A DNA stretch of 63,465 nucleotides, the filler included, from Globobulimina sp. (Eukaryota), in NCBI GenBank assembly GCA_003354225.1. It is 19 parts of 19 records of this genome, joined end to end, with 100 filler letters (N's around TTAATTAATTAA, not from the genome) between each part and the next. Parts side by side here need not be neighbours in the genome. Positions count along the whole stretch, not along the records: positions 10,045 to 13,292 come from PIVH01003313.1; positions 13,393 to 16,640 come from PIVH01003314.1; positions 16,741 to 19,987 come from PIVH01003315.1; positions 20,088 to 23,334 come from PIVH01003316.1; 15 more parts are not named here. The stretch is one strand, 5' to 3'. Shown here in pieces: positions 11,636-23,434 of the stretch. Both the position numbers and the translations under genes were made by a program. The notes under the pieces are model-generated. The model was not told where the DNA came from. It saw only the letters and a list, made by a program, of their open reading frames with translations, and made no database searches. Position 1 is the stretch's first letter; the number at the start of each line of letters is the position of its first letter.

Positions 11636-13010
11636 TCAATTTTCATCAACAGTTGTATCCGATGTTTGCGTTTCTTTCCCAATATTCGTAAACTTGGTAA
11701 ACCTAACATCTTTTACCTCCATTGTCTTCAAAACATTCCCTTCGTTTTTAACATCGGACTGTTGTTTAATAAACTTTTGATTGTCTTCATTATCTTCAAA
11801 TAAATGCGGCAACAAATTGATTACATCCTATATAGTAATAATAGTATTAAATACAGATATTATATATATATATATATCAAAACATAACTTCAACATCAAA
11901 TCGAGCCATTTGTCCCCTTTGATACAAAAAACATTTTATTTCATCGTCCTGTAACACATGAAATGATAATAAAAACATATTGCCATTACCAGTCTGTGCA
12001 GTGATTAATTTATCCTTTTCATTATCCGTTCCACCCAATATATATTGGCATGATGTTTGCATAAAAGTTTCACATAAATAATTGTGTGGAATAATATTGG
12101 CCACATCTGGATAAAACATATAAATATCATCATCTGTACCATCATTAACCTTTTCTTTCTTTTCATCATCACACTCTTTATCCTCCTCTTTCTTGCTCTT
12201 GCTCTTACTTCTCCTGTCCGCAATAGCTATGATTCGTTTGTTTCTTGGGAAATCTTTACATTTTTGCAACTTTTTTTTTGAGCTTAATTTATCGAATAAA
12301 TAAAACATTTTTGGATGTTGCGTATCTCGCTTATATTTAACATATGGCAATTTGTTATGTTTTAATCTTGCTTCAATTTCATAATTATGGTTTTCAATAT
12401 CATCGGTCACGGAATCTGCATATTCGTCTTCGTATTCAGTATCAGATTCAGAATCGATATCATCCTCGTCATTGTCGCCTATTTTAGTAATGTCTTTTGG
12501 TATTATCCATAAATCAAATTGGAACGGAAATGTTTTATTCTCGCGTGTTTTAGAGAATTGTCGCGATTTTATAAATGTTAAAGCATCGCGCAAATAATGA
12601 GCATAGGGTCGTATATTATCGTTTATTTTCTGAAGTCCATTGAACTGTATTTGAGTGTTTATGCGCTGGAAATACATTGATAGTGCGGATTTTATTAAGG
12701 TTTGTCTGTTAGCATTGTTATTGGTGAATGTATTAACAATATGAGATGTATTCACCCATTCATCAATGCTCAGCAATTTCTTAGAAACGTTATACATTTT
12801 TATACGGTCTTTTGTGAATGAAGAAGCAAGATTTGATAATAAATCAGGCATATTGTTAATTTTTCCAATGGTAAACATCTTCCATAAATCTTCTTGTTTG
12901 TGTTTGTCGCCTCTGCTATAATCCAATGCTGCGCATTGTTCTATGTATTGTTGTTTTGTGTTATCGATTTGTTGTTGGCTTGGATTCCAATCAATCAATT
13001 CTTGGGCCAT
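11636..13010 (-). CDS. Hypothetical protein, 2 exons
   Basis: 377-aa ORF; a GTTATG donor near 11888 and TAG acceptor near 11828 join a second exon DVINLLPHLF...DEN*. Confidence 0.6.
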
Positions 13011-14001
13011 TATGTTCTTTGAACAGTTTTCTTTGTCAAGTACGTTAAAATTATTTTAGTGTTATTGTATTTGTGATAAATTTCTGTACAATAATCAAAA
13101 AAAAAAAATGCATAAATAAAATTGATCTATTGATCTATTTCAAAAACGTTTATAATAACACTTCGAGACACAAACAAAACACTAATGATATTATAACATA
13201 TTATATTATATATTGAATTTGTATTATAAAACATAGACAAATCCTTTTGACCATTGATTTAAATTTTCGCAAGAACCGCGGGAAATGGATGANNNNNNNN
13301 NNNNNNNNNNNNNNNNNNNNNNNNNNNNNNNNNNNNTTAATTAATTAANNNNNNNNNNNNNNNNNNNNNNNNNNNNNNNNNNNNNNNNNNNNTTTGTTTG
13401 CCATTTTTTAAAATGAAAATCCTCGCTTTTTCTGTGTAAAACAAAACAAAAAGTGTTGTTACTGAGAAAGCTTTGATATTATTAATGTTTGTTTGTGCTT
13501 ATTTTTGTGAGTGAGTTTATTAATGTTTTTTGAGTGAGAGTCACAACTTATTTGTAATTGATTGTAATATATAATAAACTCACAAATAATATCCACAAAC
13601 AACCGTAACTTCAATATCATTGGAATGGATATGGCATTTCGTAAAATAAGCAATGAGCGAATCTATTTCTCGTTGATAAGTTATTCGCAACGCCCATCTC
13701 GTTGATTACTTATTTTATGAAATGCTCTTTGTTTTAATTGTTGAAATACATAAATATTAACTGTGTCAGGTGTGATGTGATTCGATATTAAATTTATTAA
13801 CCAATTTTTTGTATGCCCTCAGCGCCTGGTTCACCGCCTTTGGCTGCGTTGGAATTTGATTGTTTTTGTGTGACGGCGCGGTGTTGTACCAAATCCGGCA
13901 AAATAATATAAGCAGAGAATAAGGGACGATCTATGCACCAAAAACACAGATTGACGAAAGCATTTAAGTAGTTAGTTCTAAAAAATTAAAGTTTTGTCGA
14001 T

Positions 14002-15603
14002 TCAACAATGTGAAATATTTCCACCTGATCCAGCCATTCGAGCATCGCCTAATTGTTTCAAAATAGGTTTAATCAGTGTAGTTTTGCGCATTTTTGTGTA
14101 AAATATCTCGAAATCTGTAAAATCGTACAAACCAATTTCACATTTATTTCCATTTATAATCGTATTACATTTCCATAATACTTTTGTTGCATTTTCTAAA
14201 TTTCTTTTTGCGTTTTCTATCTCATTTCTTCTGTGCCCATTGCACGCATTCTTTATTATTTTTAAATAATCTCTCAGTTCAGCTCTAATTTTAATCAATT
14301 CTCCTTTTCCTGAAATAAAATGCAACAAATCGATCTGATCAAAGTCATCCAATAATTCATACCACAAATACGAATATTTATGTCTGTGTTTTAATGCAAT
14401 GTCAATAATCTCAATTGCATCATATAATTTGTCTTTATTTTTTGGTTTTGTCTCAATTGCAAACAATCTCAAAACATAACATTTTCTCAATTTGTCAGTC
14501 AGCGGCAATAACATTTTCTGAATCACTTCGACATTCAAATTGGAGCTTCCTTCCTTTTCAATAAAGTATGCCATATTTTCCACCAATTCCACATCAGCGC
14601 ATGTTGGGTATAACACATTTTTGTGACACAAACAGGAGGTATACATAGCTGATATTTCTTCATTGTTCGAATGTGAATGTTTGAATAACAAATATAATAA
14701 TTTCGTACAAGAATATGAATTAATACGATCCGTTTCTGATAAACAAATATGAATAATTCGCCTCACATACACGGCAGGAATGGATGTAATTTGTTTGTCC
14801 GCATCACAGCGCATAACCACACCCGATATCACACAAAATAATGGATACTTATAATCAAAGTCTCTGTTGATATCCGTCTCCAATTTGCACGCCTTAGCAT
14901 ATGAACTGCATTTGGCGATGACAGCACTTTTATTTTTTACTTTGGTGCATGTTGTCTCGTACTGAGAGGACAATCGTTGCTGTAACAGATCTGTAGATGT
15001 TTCAGATATGTTTTTGTTAAATTCAATGTACATTTTATACTGTCCATGTCGATGCGTTTCGGATTGTATTTGTCTTTGATAATCAAACAACATTTTCAAC
15101 ACTGGTTTGTCGCCAGATATTGCCACCAAATATGATAAATAGGTCGATGCGGTTTGGCATTGTTTGGTGTAGATTGCAATTAAAATAGTATCAATAATGG
15201 TGGCTATTGCTTTGAATCTAAGAATGCCACTTTCCAATTTATCAAAGAATAATCGAATACAAGATGGTGAATATCGATATTGATGATCAGCAAATTCAAA
15301 TTCATTTTCGCAACGAAAATAATCCATAATTTGTTGTTTAATTCCTGCTTCAATATGGACGGTAGTGGCAATGCCAATATTTCTGTTTGATAGGAAACCA
15401 TAAACTAAATGGTTTGTCACTGTGTCTGTCATGTTTGAATGATTGAGCAATAATGAAAATTTAATGTCAAATTGTGAGTTTAATGGCAAACTCTGTTGAT
15501 ACAAACGATTAAATGTTTGGCATACAATTCTCAAATCGCGTGAATCAGTCACAGATAAATAATGTTCAGAGTTATTTGCTTTTATAAAGATGGACCAATG
15601 CAC
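14002..15603 (-). CDS. Hypothetical helical protein (start uncertain)
   Basis: 533-codon ORF in AT-rich DNA; weak F-box-like LRIVCQTFNRL near the N-terminus; no confident family. Confidence 0.55.
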   Translation of the reverse strand: MHWSIFIKANNSEHYLSVTDSRDLRIVCQTFNRLYQQSLPLNSQFDIKFSLLLNHSNMTDTVTNHLVYGFLSNRNIGIATTVHIEAGIKQQIMDYFRCENEFEFADHQYRYSPSCIRLFFDKLESGILRFKAIATIIDTILIAIYTKQCQTASTYLSYLVAISGDKPVLKMLFDYQRQIQSETHRHGQYKMYIEFNKNISETSTDLLQQRLSSQYETTCTKVKNKSAVIAKCSSYAKACKLETDINRDFDYKYPLFCVISGVVMRCDADKQITSIPAVYVRRIIHICLSETDRINSYSCTKLLYLLFKHSHSNNEEISAMYTSCLCHKNVLYPTCADVELVENMAYFIEKEGSSNLNVEVIQKMLLPLTDKLRKCYVLRLFAIETKPKNKDKLYDAIEIIDIALKHRHKYSYLWYELLDDFDQIDLLHFISGKGELIKIRAELRDYLKIIKNACNGHRRNEIENAKRNLENATKVLWKCNTIINGNKCEIGLYDFTDFEIFYTKMRKTTLIKPILKQLGDARMAGSGGNISHC

Positions 15604-16134
15604 TTTTGTTTTGGCAAAGCATCGTAATGATGCACTGCTGGGTGGACAGAAGGCGTGCTGTTAATACAAGAGCCCATTTTTGTGTAAAAAAGATTTTTAA
15701 CGAACAGTTTTCTGGCTCAGGCTGTAGATGGACTGCTGGCCGGTTCTGAAAGTGCAGATTTGTATTTCACATACAAGAGTAATACAGCTTGTATATTAAA
15801 GTAAAAATGTAATATATGCACAAAAATATTAAGAAAAAAAAAGAAAAAACATACAGTATAAATACAAACTGTGCAATTTGTTTGCAATGTGTATCACAAA
15901 AAAATAAAATAAAAAAAGAAATGATTTCCAATGTATTTTAACAAAACACCATAATAATACAGAATTCTTTTTTTTTTCCAGAACAAAATACATCGAAACA
16001 AAAAAGTAATAAAACATATAGAAAAAAAATACAAATATTGGCTAAAAATTAAATAATAAACAAAGCAGAGAGGAAAACAATGCATTGCTTTATTGATTGA
16101 TTGCTTTAATTTTTTTATTTTATTTTATTTTATT

Positions 16135-16640
16135 TTACATCATTTGCGACGATTTTAACCGATATCTTCGTGGCGAATACTCCGAAGGCGATTGCTTTGA
16201 ATCGGAGCCGATTTCGCCAGTGCAATATTTACATCTTCTAAAGCCACGCGGACGATTTCGCCATTGCGATTTTGTAAAATCGAATTTATGTCTCCACTCA
16301 GTACATTCCACACAATACGCACCGCCGGAACCTCTTCTTTTTGCTGGACTCGAATTGTTGCTCCTTCTTCGCGGCGACATTTCATTCCTATTCATGGTTG
16401 AAACAACACGCGATTCCAACACATTGTTATAAGCCACATCCAATGCTTTCTCATTTCTCCATTTCGGCGCCGAGTATAATTTGGCCACTCCACTATGATA
16501 TTTGTCAATGGTTTCAACCAAACAGCCTTTATTTATTTTGGGTGCTACATATTTAATATTATTCCGACTCTCATTCTCGTGCTTTCTTGGCGTAGTTGCA
16601 CGCGATGTAAATACTAATTTTTCCGGCGTGAAATCTGGTG
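16135..16640 (-). CDS. C-terminal part of a protein with an Stc1-like zinc-binding motif
   Basis: YCVECTEWRHKFDFTKSQWRNRPRGFRRCKYC matches the CxxC...FSKxQ...RCxxC pattern; frame open towards the linker. Confidence 0.55.
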
Positions 16641-17272
16641 NNNNNNNNNNNNNNNNNNNNNNNNNNNNNNNNNNNNNNNNNNNNTTAATTAATTAANNNN
16701 NNNNNNNNNNNNNNNNNNNNNNNNNNNNNNNNNNNNNNNNCAAATTATTCATAGTCATCTCCAAATTGATAGAAATCGGTTGATTCTGAAAACGTTGTGC
16801 TTTGAGATATACAAATGAGCTTTCACGACATCGTAATGGATGATGGACCGTTGAAAATAATCGATTTAATGATTCCAAATGGTATATTTTGAGATAAATT
16901 TGTTTTGATGGACGGCTCTATATAAATTAAATTAGAGTCTAATATAAGACCAAAGAAAATGAAGAGAGATTGTTACATGATACCGGAATACATGATATTG
17001 CATTTTTAATCAACAACACCGAAAGAATTATGAGAGAGAAAAACACTTAGAACAAAAGTTTTTATTATTAGTAGCAAATCAGCTGATACTGCACTGCAAA
17101 TCAAACGACTTGAGTCGTTCAATCATTTTATGTCAGATAATAAAACTGAGCCATCCGGTTTAGGTGTTTAACTCTGTGAAGATTATGTTGTGTGATTTAT
17201 ATATAAAATACGTTTATTTGTATTTTTTTCACAGAGGATGCAAAAGAAAACGAAATTGAGAATAAAGTTGAA

Positions 17273-17827
17273 TTGGTTAGCAATGATGGAACCTTTTATT
17301 ATTTTAAACTGAAAGATAATAAAATTGGATCTATATTAAAATCGACGTTATACGCAAATAGTAAAAATGCAGATTGTACCATGTTGTGCAGATTTTGTGG
17401 TATTGATATCGGAGATGGATTAAAAGCAAAAATTGATGGCAAGAATTTTTACTATGATTCTAAACAAGATTTATTTACATTGTTTGAAGATTTTTTGAGT
17501 TGGCAGCAATTTGGAATTTTTAAACATTGGATAAGGAAAAATAACTTAGATATTATTGGTATTGCTCAGGATAAAAATGAATTAGAAGCGTTACAACGAG
17601 TTTCTGTATTTTTAGGAATGGATCAATTATCCAAGAGCTTATATGAAAAATCAATTGCAACCACGTATAATCCAATGAATCCAAGTGAGGATTATAAGCA
17701 ATTATATGTATGGACTAAATCGCATATTAATATGACAGAGAGTTATCATCATCAAAACTTTGTCAGTGAATGCATGACAAACAATTATACTCGGTGCGAA
17801 AATGACTACTGGAGAAAAGAAAAATAA
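17273..17827 (+). CDS. Hypothetical protein (terminal exon)
   Basis: 184-codon ORF preceded by a T-rich tract and CAG acceptor near 17234. Confidence 0.45.
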   Translation: MVSNDGTFYYFKLKDNKIGSILKSTLYANSKNADCTMLCRFCGIDIGDGLKAKIDGKNFYYDSKQDLFTLFEDFLSWQQFGIFKHWIRKNNLDIIGIAQDKNELEALQRVSVFLGMDQLSKSLYEKSIATTYNPMNPSEDYKQLYVWTKSHINMTESYHHQNFVSECMTNNYTRCENDYWRKEK

Positions 17828-18065
17828 TTATTAAATGTTTGAAGTTATAAGTTCAAACTATTGGTTGTAAACTAAAATTCATTGCAAAACAGAGAGAAAC
17901 AGTGTTATGTACGTAGCCATAGGGTCAGATTTCCATCCTTTCGGACTTGTTTCCATCAAATTAAAATGAGCGATGCTTAGCGGGCAATGTTGAAATAAAC
18001 TAACAAAATAAAACAAAAATTAAACTTTAATTTGAAGAATTTCTACACAGAAAAGAAGTAATAAT

Positions 18066-19629
18066 TCACATAACAACACATTGTGAACAACATTTATTAG
18101 CATCTCCAGGCTGAGCAACCTGTAATATTTCAACATCATTACTAAGTAAACCGTACGTTGGTTCCTCATAATCAGTCTGTAAAAACTCGTTATTGTATAC
18201 AACAGATTGTGTATTTACAGTTTGTGTATTTTCATAATTACAATTCGCCATTGAAACATTTGATATCATCGAGTCTTGAATATAATTGTTATCGCTGGTA
18301 ATGGATGAGTTTGGATCAGGTATTAATGGGTCATGCCCTCCATTGGAAGCATCATAATTCACCGCATTCACAGAACTCACAGAGCCCAGACTGTTCATTA
18401 AATCCATACTTTGATTCTCCACAAAAAATGCATTCCTTTCCGTTGTATCCATGGTCACCGACTCATTGCGATCAGTAACAATTCCATTTGAGCCATGTAC
18501 ACCGACGGTGTCATCCACAGTGTCACGATCTGTTTCCTTTGCATCCGTGATACTGTTTAAACTTTGCTGTGAATAGCTTTCTTTCTCCACAAATGGTTCA
18601 AATGAGTGTTCATATTTTATCGGTGTCACAGGTTTTGTTTCTATTTCTTTCTTCACCTTCTTCTCTACAAAAATGGATGGATGTTTCACGATGGTTTCCT
18701 TTTGTGGTTGGTTTGCCGGTGTTGGATTTTGCAATGAAGTGGATAATGAATCAAATAATTTGGCATTGTTCATCTCTTGTTCTATCTGCTGTTGTTTATA
18801 CTTTTCCTTTTCTTCCTTTTTATCAATTTCCTCACCGTACAATACTGTTTTAAACGACTTATACCATACGTTCCTGACATGTTTGGTACAGAGCAACGTG
18901 AATCAAACAATTGTGACGAAAGGAGTGCCATTCACAGTTAAGTGAAGTTTTTAGTGAAGTACATTTTTAAATTTGTAAACAAAAATGGTACCTAGATTTT
19001 GTATCTTTTGCAGCAAGCACATATGTCCTGTTTGGAGTGATTAATTGGATGACTTTATCTTTGCCGTATTTTTGTTTGGATGTGTTTGGTAATATTTTGA
19101 TATCATCAATATAATCACAATTTATTTTCCCTTTATATTTTACACATTTATCATCTTCATAATAGCGCACTTCATAATGCATTTCATATTCACATAATAA
19201 GAAATATCGAAGTTTCCATGATTTTACTTTTCCCCCTTTTTTATATAACCATCCTTTGCATATTATATTGGGCGAAACGCGCAATTTTAGCTTCTTTAAC
19301 CATTCATCCAACTCATCCTTTACGTGACATTTTAATATGAATTTTCGTTTTGGAGTTATTAAATGAAATACATTGTGGTTAATTTCTTCTTCTTTTAGTT
19401 TTAAGACATTATATAAACTGATTTCACCCAAAGCTGTTTCATATGTTGCTGCTGGATCTTGATAATATGATAAGATATTATTGGAATATAAAACGAACCA
19501 TCTGCTTTGATATTTTTTGTTCACTTTACCTCTTTTTGACATGTATCCTTCCAATATCTTATGTCCTTTGCTTTCTGCCACCACACTTGTGCTGAGTCTG
19601 TGGCTGCGGCTTGACATTGAGACTGACAT
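18066..19629 (-). CDS. Tandem PH-domain protein with C-terminal CaaX box, 2 exons
   Basis: PH1 EGYMSKRG...RWFVL...W and PH2 KGWLYKKG...WKLRYF...W; intron 18874-18991 (GTACC...CAG) restores TKSR|NVWYK; ends CCSQCVVM. Confidence 0.85.
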
Positions 19630-20147
19630 TGTTTCTTGATTTTTGATGAAATAAATCAACTGAAAACTCACAGTGAAAAACAATTTATATGTTTTGGTCA
19701 TTCTTGATTATGCTGCAATAGGTCCTGTCTCCATATATTATGTCGATTTACTTCAATTAAATTTTGTATTTTATTTACATTTTGTATGTTATTTGAAAAT
19801 AAAACAATAGGTTTAGTAATGCCAGTAATTAATGTAAATTGCACAAATTCGTTTGATTTCTCATCATTTACATTTACATTCGTATCCATTTTAATATCAA
19901 TAGTCCGTATATCCAACACATATTTCACTTTGTTCTTACTATTTGAAACAATGACAATATCGGTAAATACATAAAATATCCTTTCATNNNNNNNNNNNNN
20001 NNNNNNNNNNNNNNNNNNNNNNNNNNNNNNNTTAATTAATTAANNNNNNNNNNNNNNNNNNNNNNNNNNNNNNNNNNNNNNNNNNNNATTTTTTGCGTGC
20101 CAAGAACAACGGAATGCGGAACGGAATGCATAGTTGAATGTGCATAA

Positions 20148-21617
20148 CTGAAAACTTCCCCTTATCCCCTCCTCTATGCCAAAATTTCAGTTCCCACACA
20201 GTAGCCGTAGTACCCCTGGACCGCGAGTCAACTGTGACCATTCTGTCACCTTCACATAGAGTATGTCAATGAGTGGAGAGTTTAGAAATGGATATGCTTG
20301 TTTTTACCCCACGGGGACTCTAGACTGTGGAGGAATACCTGTATGTGAGAAACAGACCAGACGGACCACAGGGGGGCGACTCTTTAGCTCTTCCGTTCGG
20401 CTCACACGATTGTATGTAGTCACCTGGAATTTGAGTCATGAAAAATTACTACAAAATGTATAGCCGATACATATATATGTAGTTATTAGCTTCTAGTACT
20501 GTGATGGTATCTAGGTTATTCCACAAACCTCCAGATTCTCTACTAAAGCATCTAATGCCACATCGTAAAACTGCATGTAGCCCGGTAATCCGTTAACAGC
20601 AACTAAATTGCTTGCATCCACGCTGCCTTCAACGTTTATTCCATTTGTGATGAGTTGTATTGCTTCTGTGAAATCTTCAACATCGCTGGGTGGGGACAGA
20701 GCCAGCCCTCTCAACTCCCAGCAGATACTCCAACTTAACAGCAAGAAAGTCAGGAGAAAAGACATGTTAGGGGAGCATAAAAAGGTTAAAAAAACAAGGG
20801 TAGTAAAATAGTAAGCAGGAGTTGAAAATTGATAGCACAGCACACACTAGCACATCCAAAACCAGCAGGAGATATACTATAGTGCAATGAGCATATGTAT
20901 ATATAAATAGACATATTTCACCTTGGTACACGAATGAGCTTCAATGAGTTGTCTTTCACGGCTACAGCAGCATGGACTCCATCTATACCCTGCCTTACAT
21001 GAGAAAGAGCCCCTCCTAATCTTGGAAGGAAAGACTTGGAACCTATCACAAGGTTCCATTGCACCAATACACCTTCCTCCCCACCACTAAGCAAAAATTT
21101 ACCATCTGGGCTAAAGCACAGACAGGACACTGTATGAGCATGCCAGTGTGTTGTTACGATAGTAATCAATGAAGAAGGTGGTGGGGTAATTGGTCTCCCA
21201 GAGTATCGTGATTGCAGCAATACTTGCTCTGCTGCTGCACCCATACCATGCCAAATGGTAATAGTCCCATCATAATGACCTGTGGCAACAGCTCCAGTTA
21301 CGCTGCCAGCAATAGCTGTCACAACTCGACCCTTTCCACCGCTGGGGATTCCAAGGCTATGAAGGTCGGGTTCCCAAGGATGTGGTGATGGTGACGTCCC
21401 CAAGAAGACTATCATCAGCCCACACCCCCTCGATACAGCTAGAAATTCATTGGTTCCATGCATAAAAGTGGCGCAGAGTGGTACAGATCCTCTTGAAACA
21501 CACACAGAACGAAGTATGGGTTTGCTGGACCACTTCTCCACCTCGATGTTCTTCTCTTCCTCACATCCCTCCTCAGTTTCTGTTACTTTTTCCAGACGTA
21601 CCGACAAAATCTCCCAC
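20148..21617 (-). CDS. WDR75: WDR75/UTP17-like WD40 protein fragment, at least 4 exons, apparently from a different eukaryote
   Basis: HWHAHTVSCLCFSPDGKFLLSGGEEGVLVQW...FLPRLG, NGLPGYMQFYD, and spliced VTTYNRVSR...FSHTG|DRMVTVD...LKFW. Visibly higher GC than the flank, with GT-AG introns. Confidence 0.8.
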
Positions 21618-21699
21618 CTGTGATTATTTTGACCACATATATTTGCTACAAATATTATTTGCATTGAAATAGTCACAACAAATTTTTGTACAAACATAT

Positions 21700-22963
21700 T
21701 TATTGTATGATCAAATGTATTAAACAATAATGATTTTAAAGCATCCACAGATAATATCCGTTGTTTTGTAATATATCGTTTAATTTCATTTTTATGTGAT
21801 AAATTATGCCATATTCCATATATTTTTGTATTTTTTTTGGGTGAATATTTAATCATCATTTTCTCCATTTGTCGCAATTTAAATTTATTTGGCATATGAG
21901 ATGGTAATGGTGTCAATAATTTAATGATTAATGGAGTATCGAATATTCCCTTATTTGGATCAGTCAAAATCTCAATAAATTTCAAATATTCTTCATCTCC
22001 TATACAGTCATAAATATTATAAAAAAACAAAGTCTTCATATGTTCAAAGCAATTTCTGAATTTAAAAATATTATATCTTCCTTTTGAAATGTACTCAGCT
22101 TCAAATTTAGGTGATTGTAAATAATTATTTCGAATTTTAAAATGTGGCTGTAAGGCGTAAAAATGAATTGAATAAACACCATTTTGTAATTTTTCATTAT
22201 CAATTAAATCCAAGAAATTATTTGAACATACCGGACTACAAATAATATCATATGGCGCAGAGTTTTGTAAATCCCAATAATTTAACATTTTAACACCTGA
22301 ATCATTATCGCCTTGTGCTGTTACAACCATTAAATGTGTTTCAGCCAAATTTTCAGTGTAAATTAATCTTAAAAAAAATATCAATTGATCGTCATCATTA
22401 AACACTAAACCACGGTTCTTTATTGCTATTGATAATAATTGCTTTTGTTTGGCAGAGTCATTTAATTCATTAATATTATATTTATAAAATGGCAATATTG
22501 CAAAAACACAAAATTCAAACTCATATTGAAACTGTTCATTTTGTGTGTTTTGTTTCAAAATATTTAAACTATCATTGATTTTATTGATTTCGTTCTGTCC
22601 TAATTTAATATCTTGAAAATCTACTTTTTTTAATTGTAATTTTATCTCTGTTTCATCATATATTTCTTTGACATATCCATTTTTATTACACAGCCATAAT
22701 GCAAACAGAATTTTATTATCCTTTGCATCATCTTCAATTACTATTTCTGGATTTTCCTGAAATAACATTATATCTGGAACAATACTCACTTTTGCTCCTA
22801 AATTATGTTTATTAATATCACCAATAGCTGTTGTTAATATATCTAAACAGCATATACTTGTTAATTGGCAATTAATCACAGAAAAGTTATCTCCATTCCA
22901 ATTAAAACAACGCAATTGTTTAAGCATTCTATTTGCATTCTTATTTATGTCTTCCTCAAACAT
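21700..22963 (-). CDS. AT-rich hypothetical protein, truncated at a chimeric junction
   Basis: N-terminal ~420 codons of the 20918-22963 ORF have host-like composition and no WD40 character. Confidence 0.5.
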
Positions 22964-23212
22964 TTCAAAATATTCTGCATCATTATGTTTTGTTACGAGT
23001 GTTGGTAACGGTGGTTCAAATTCTTCTTCTTCTTCGTTTTCTTTTTTTTGTTATCCATATCCATATCAATATCGATATCAATATTTATGCCATTCTCCAT
23101 GTCAGAAAACGCTAGTTTTGTAAAATGTTTATCTTAAAAAAACACTTTAGTGCCAACATCAGAAATATTTTTCTAGATCATATAATATCAAAAGGATGAA
23201 AAAACTGGAAAA

Positions 23213-23248
<36 letters not shown>

Positions 23249-23434
23249 CTCACAAAGCAGCGATAACAATTTTAATTATTGCTAAAGCATAGCGGAATAG
23301 ATAGATAAATGAGCACAAGCGAACAATACTTACGNNNNNNNNNNNNNNNNNNNNNNNNNNNNNNNNNNNNNNNNNNNNTTAATTAATTAANNNNNNNNNN
23401 NNNNNNNNNNNNNNNNNNNNNNNNNNNNNNNNNN

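Noticed and set aside
19698-19701. ATGA stop/start overlap suggesting operon-like coupling
   Set aside because: The PH gene more plausibly starts at 19629 and the upstream ORF is unsupported.
20918-22963. 681-aa novel WD40 fusion protein
   Set aside because: The frame reads through a composition junction and an intron remnant; the two halves appear to come from different organisms.
23216-23245. (TA)n tract
   Set aside because: Ordinary microsatellite in AT-rich intergenic DNA.
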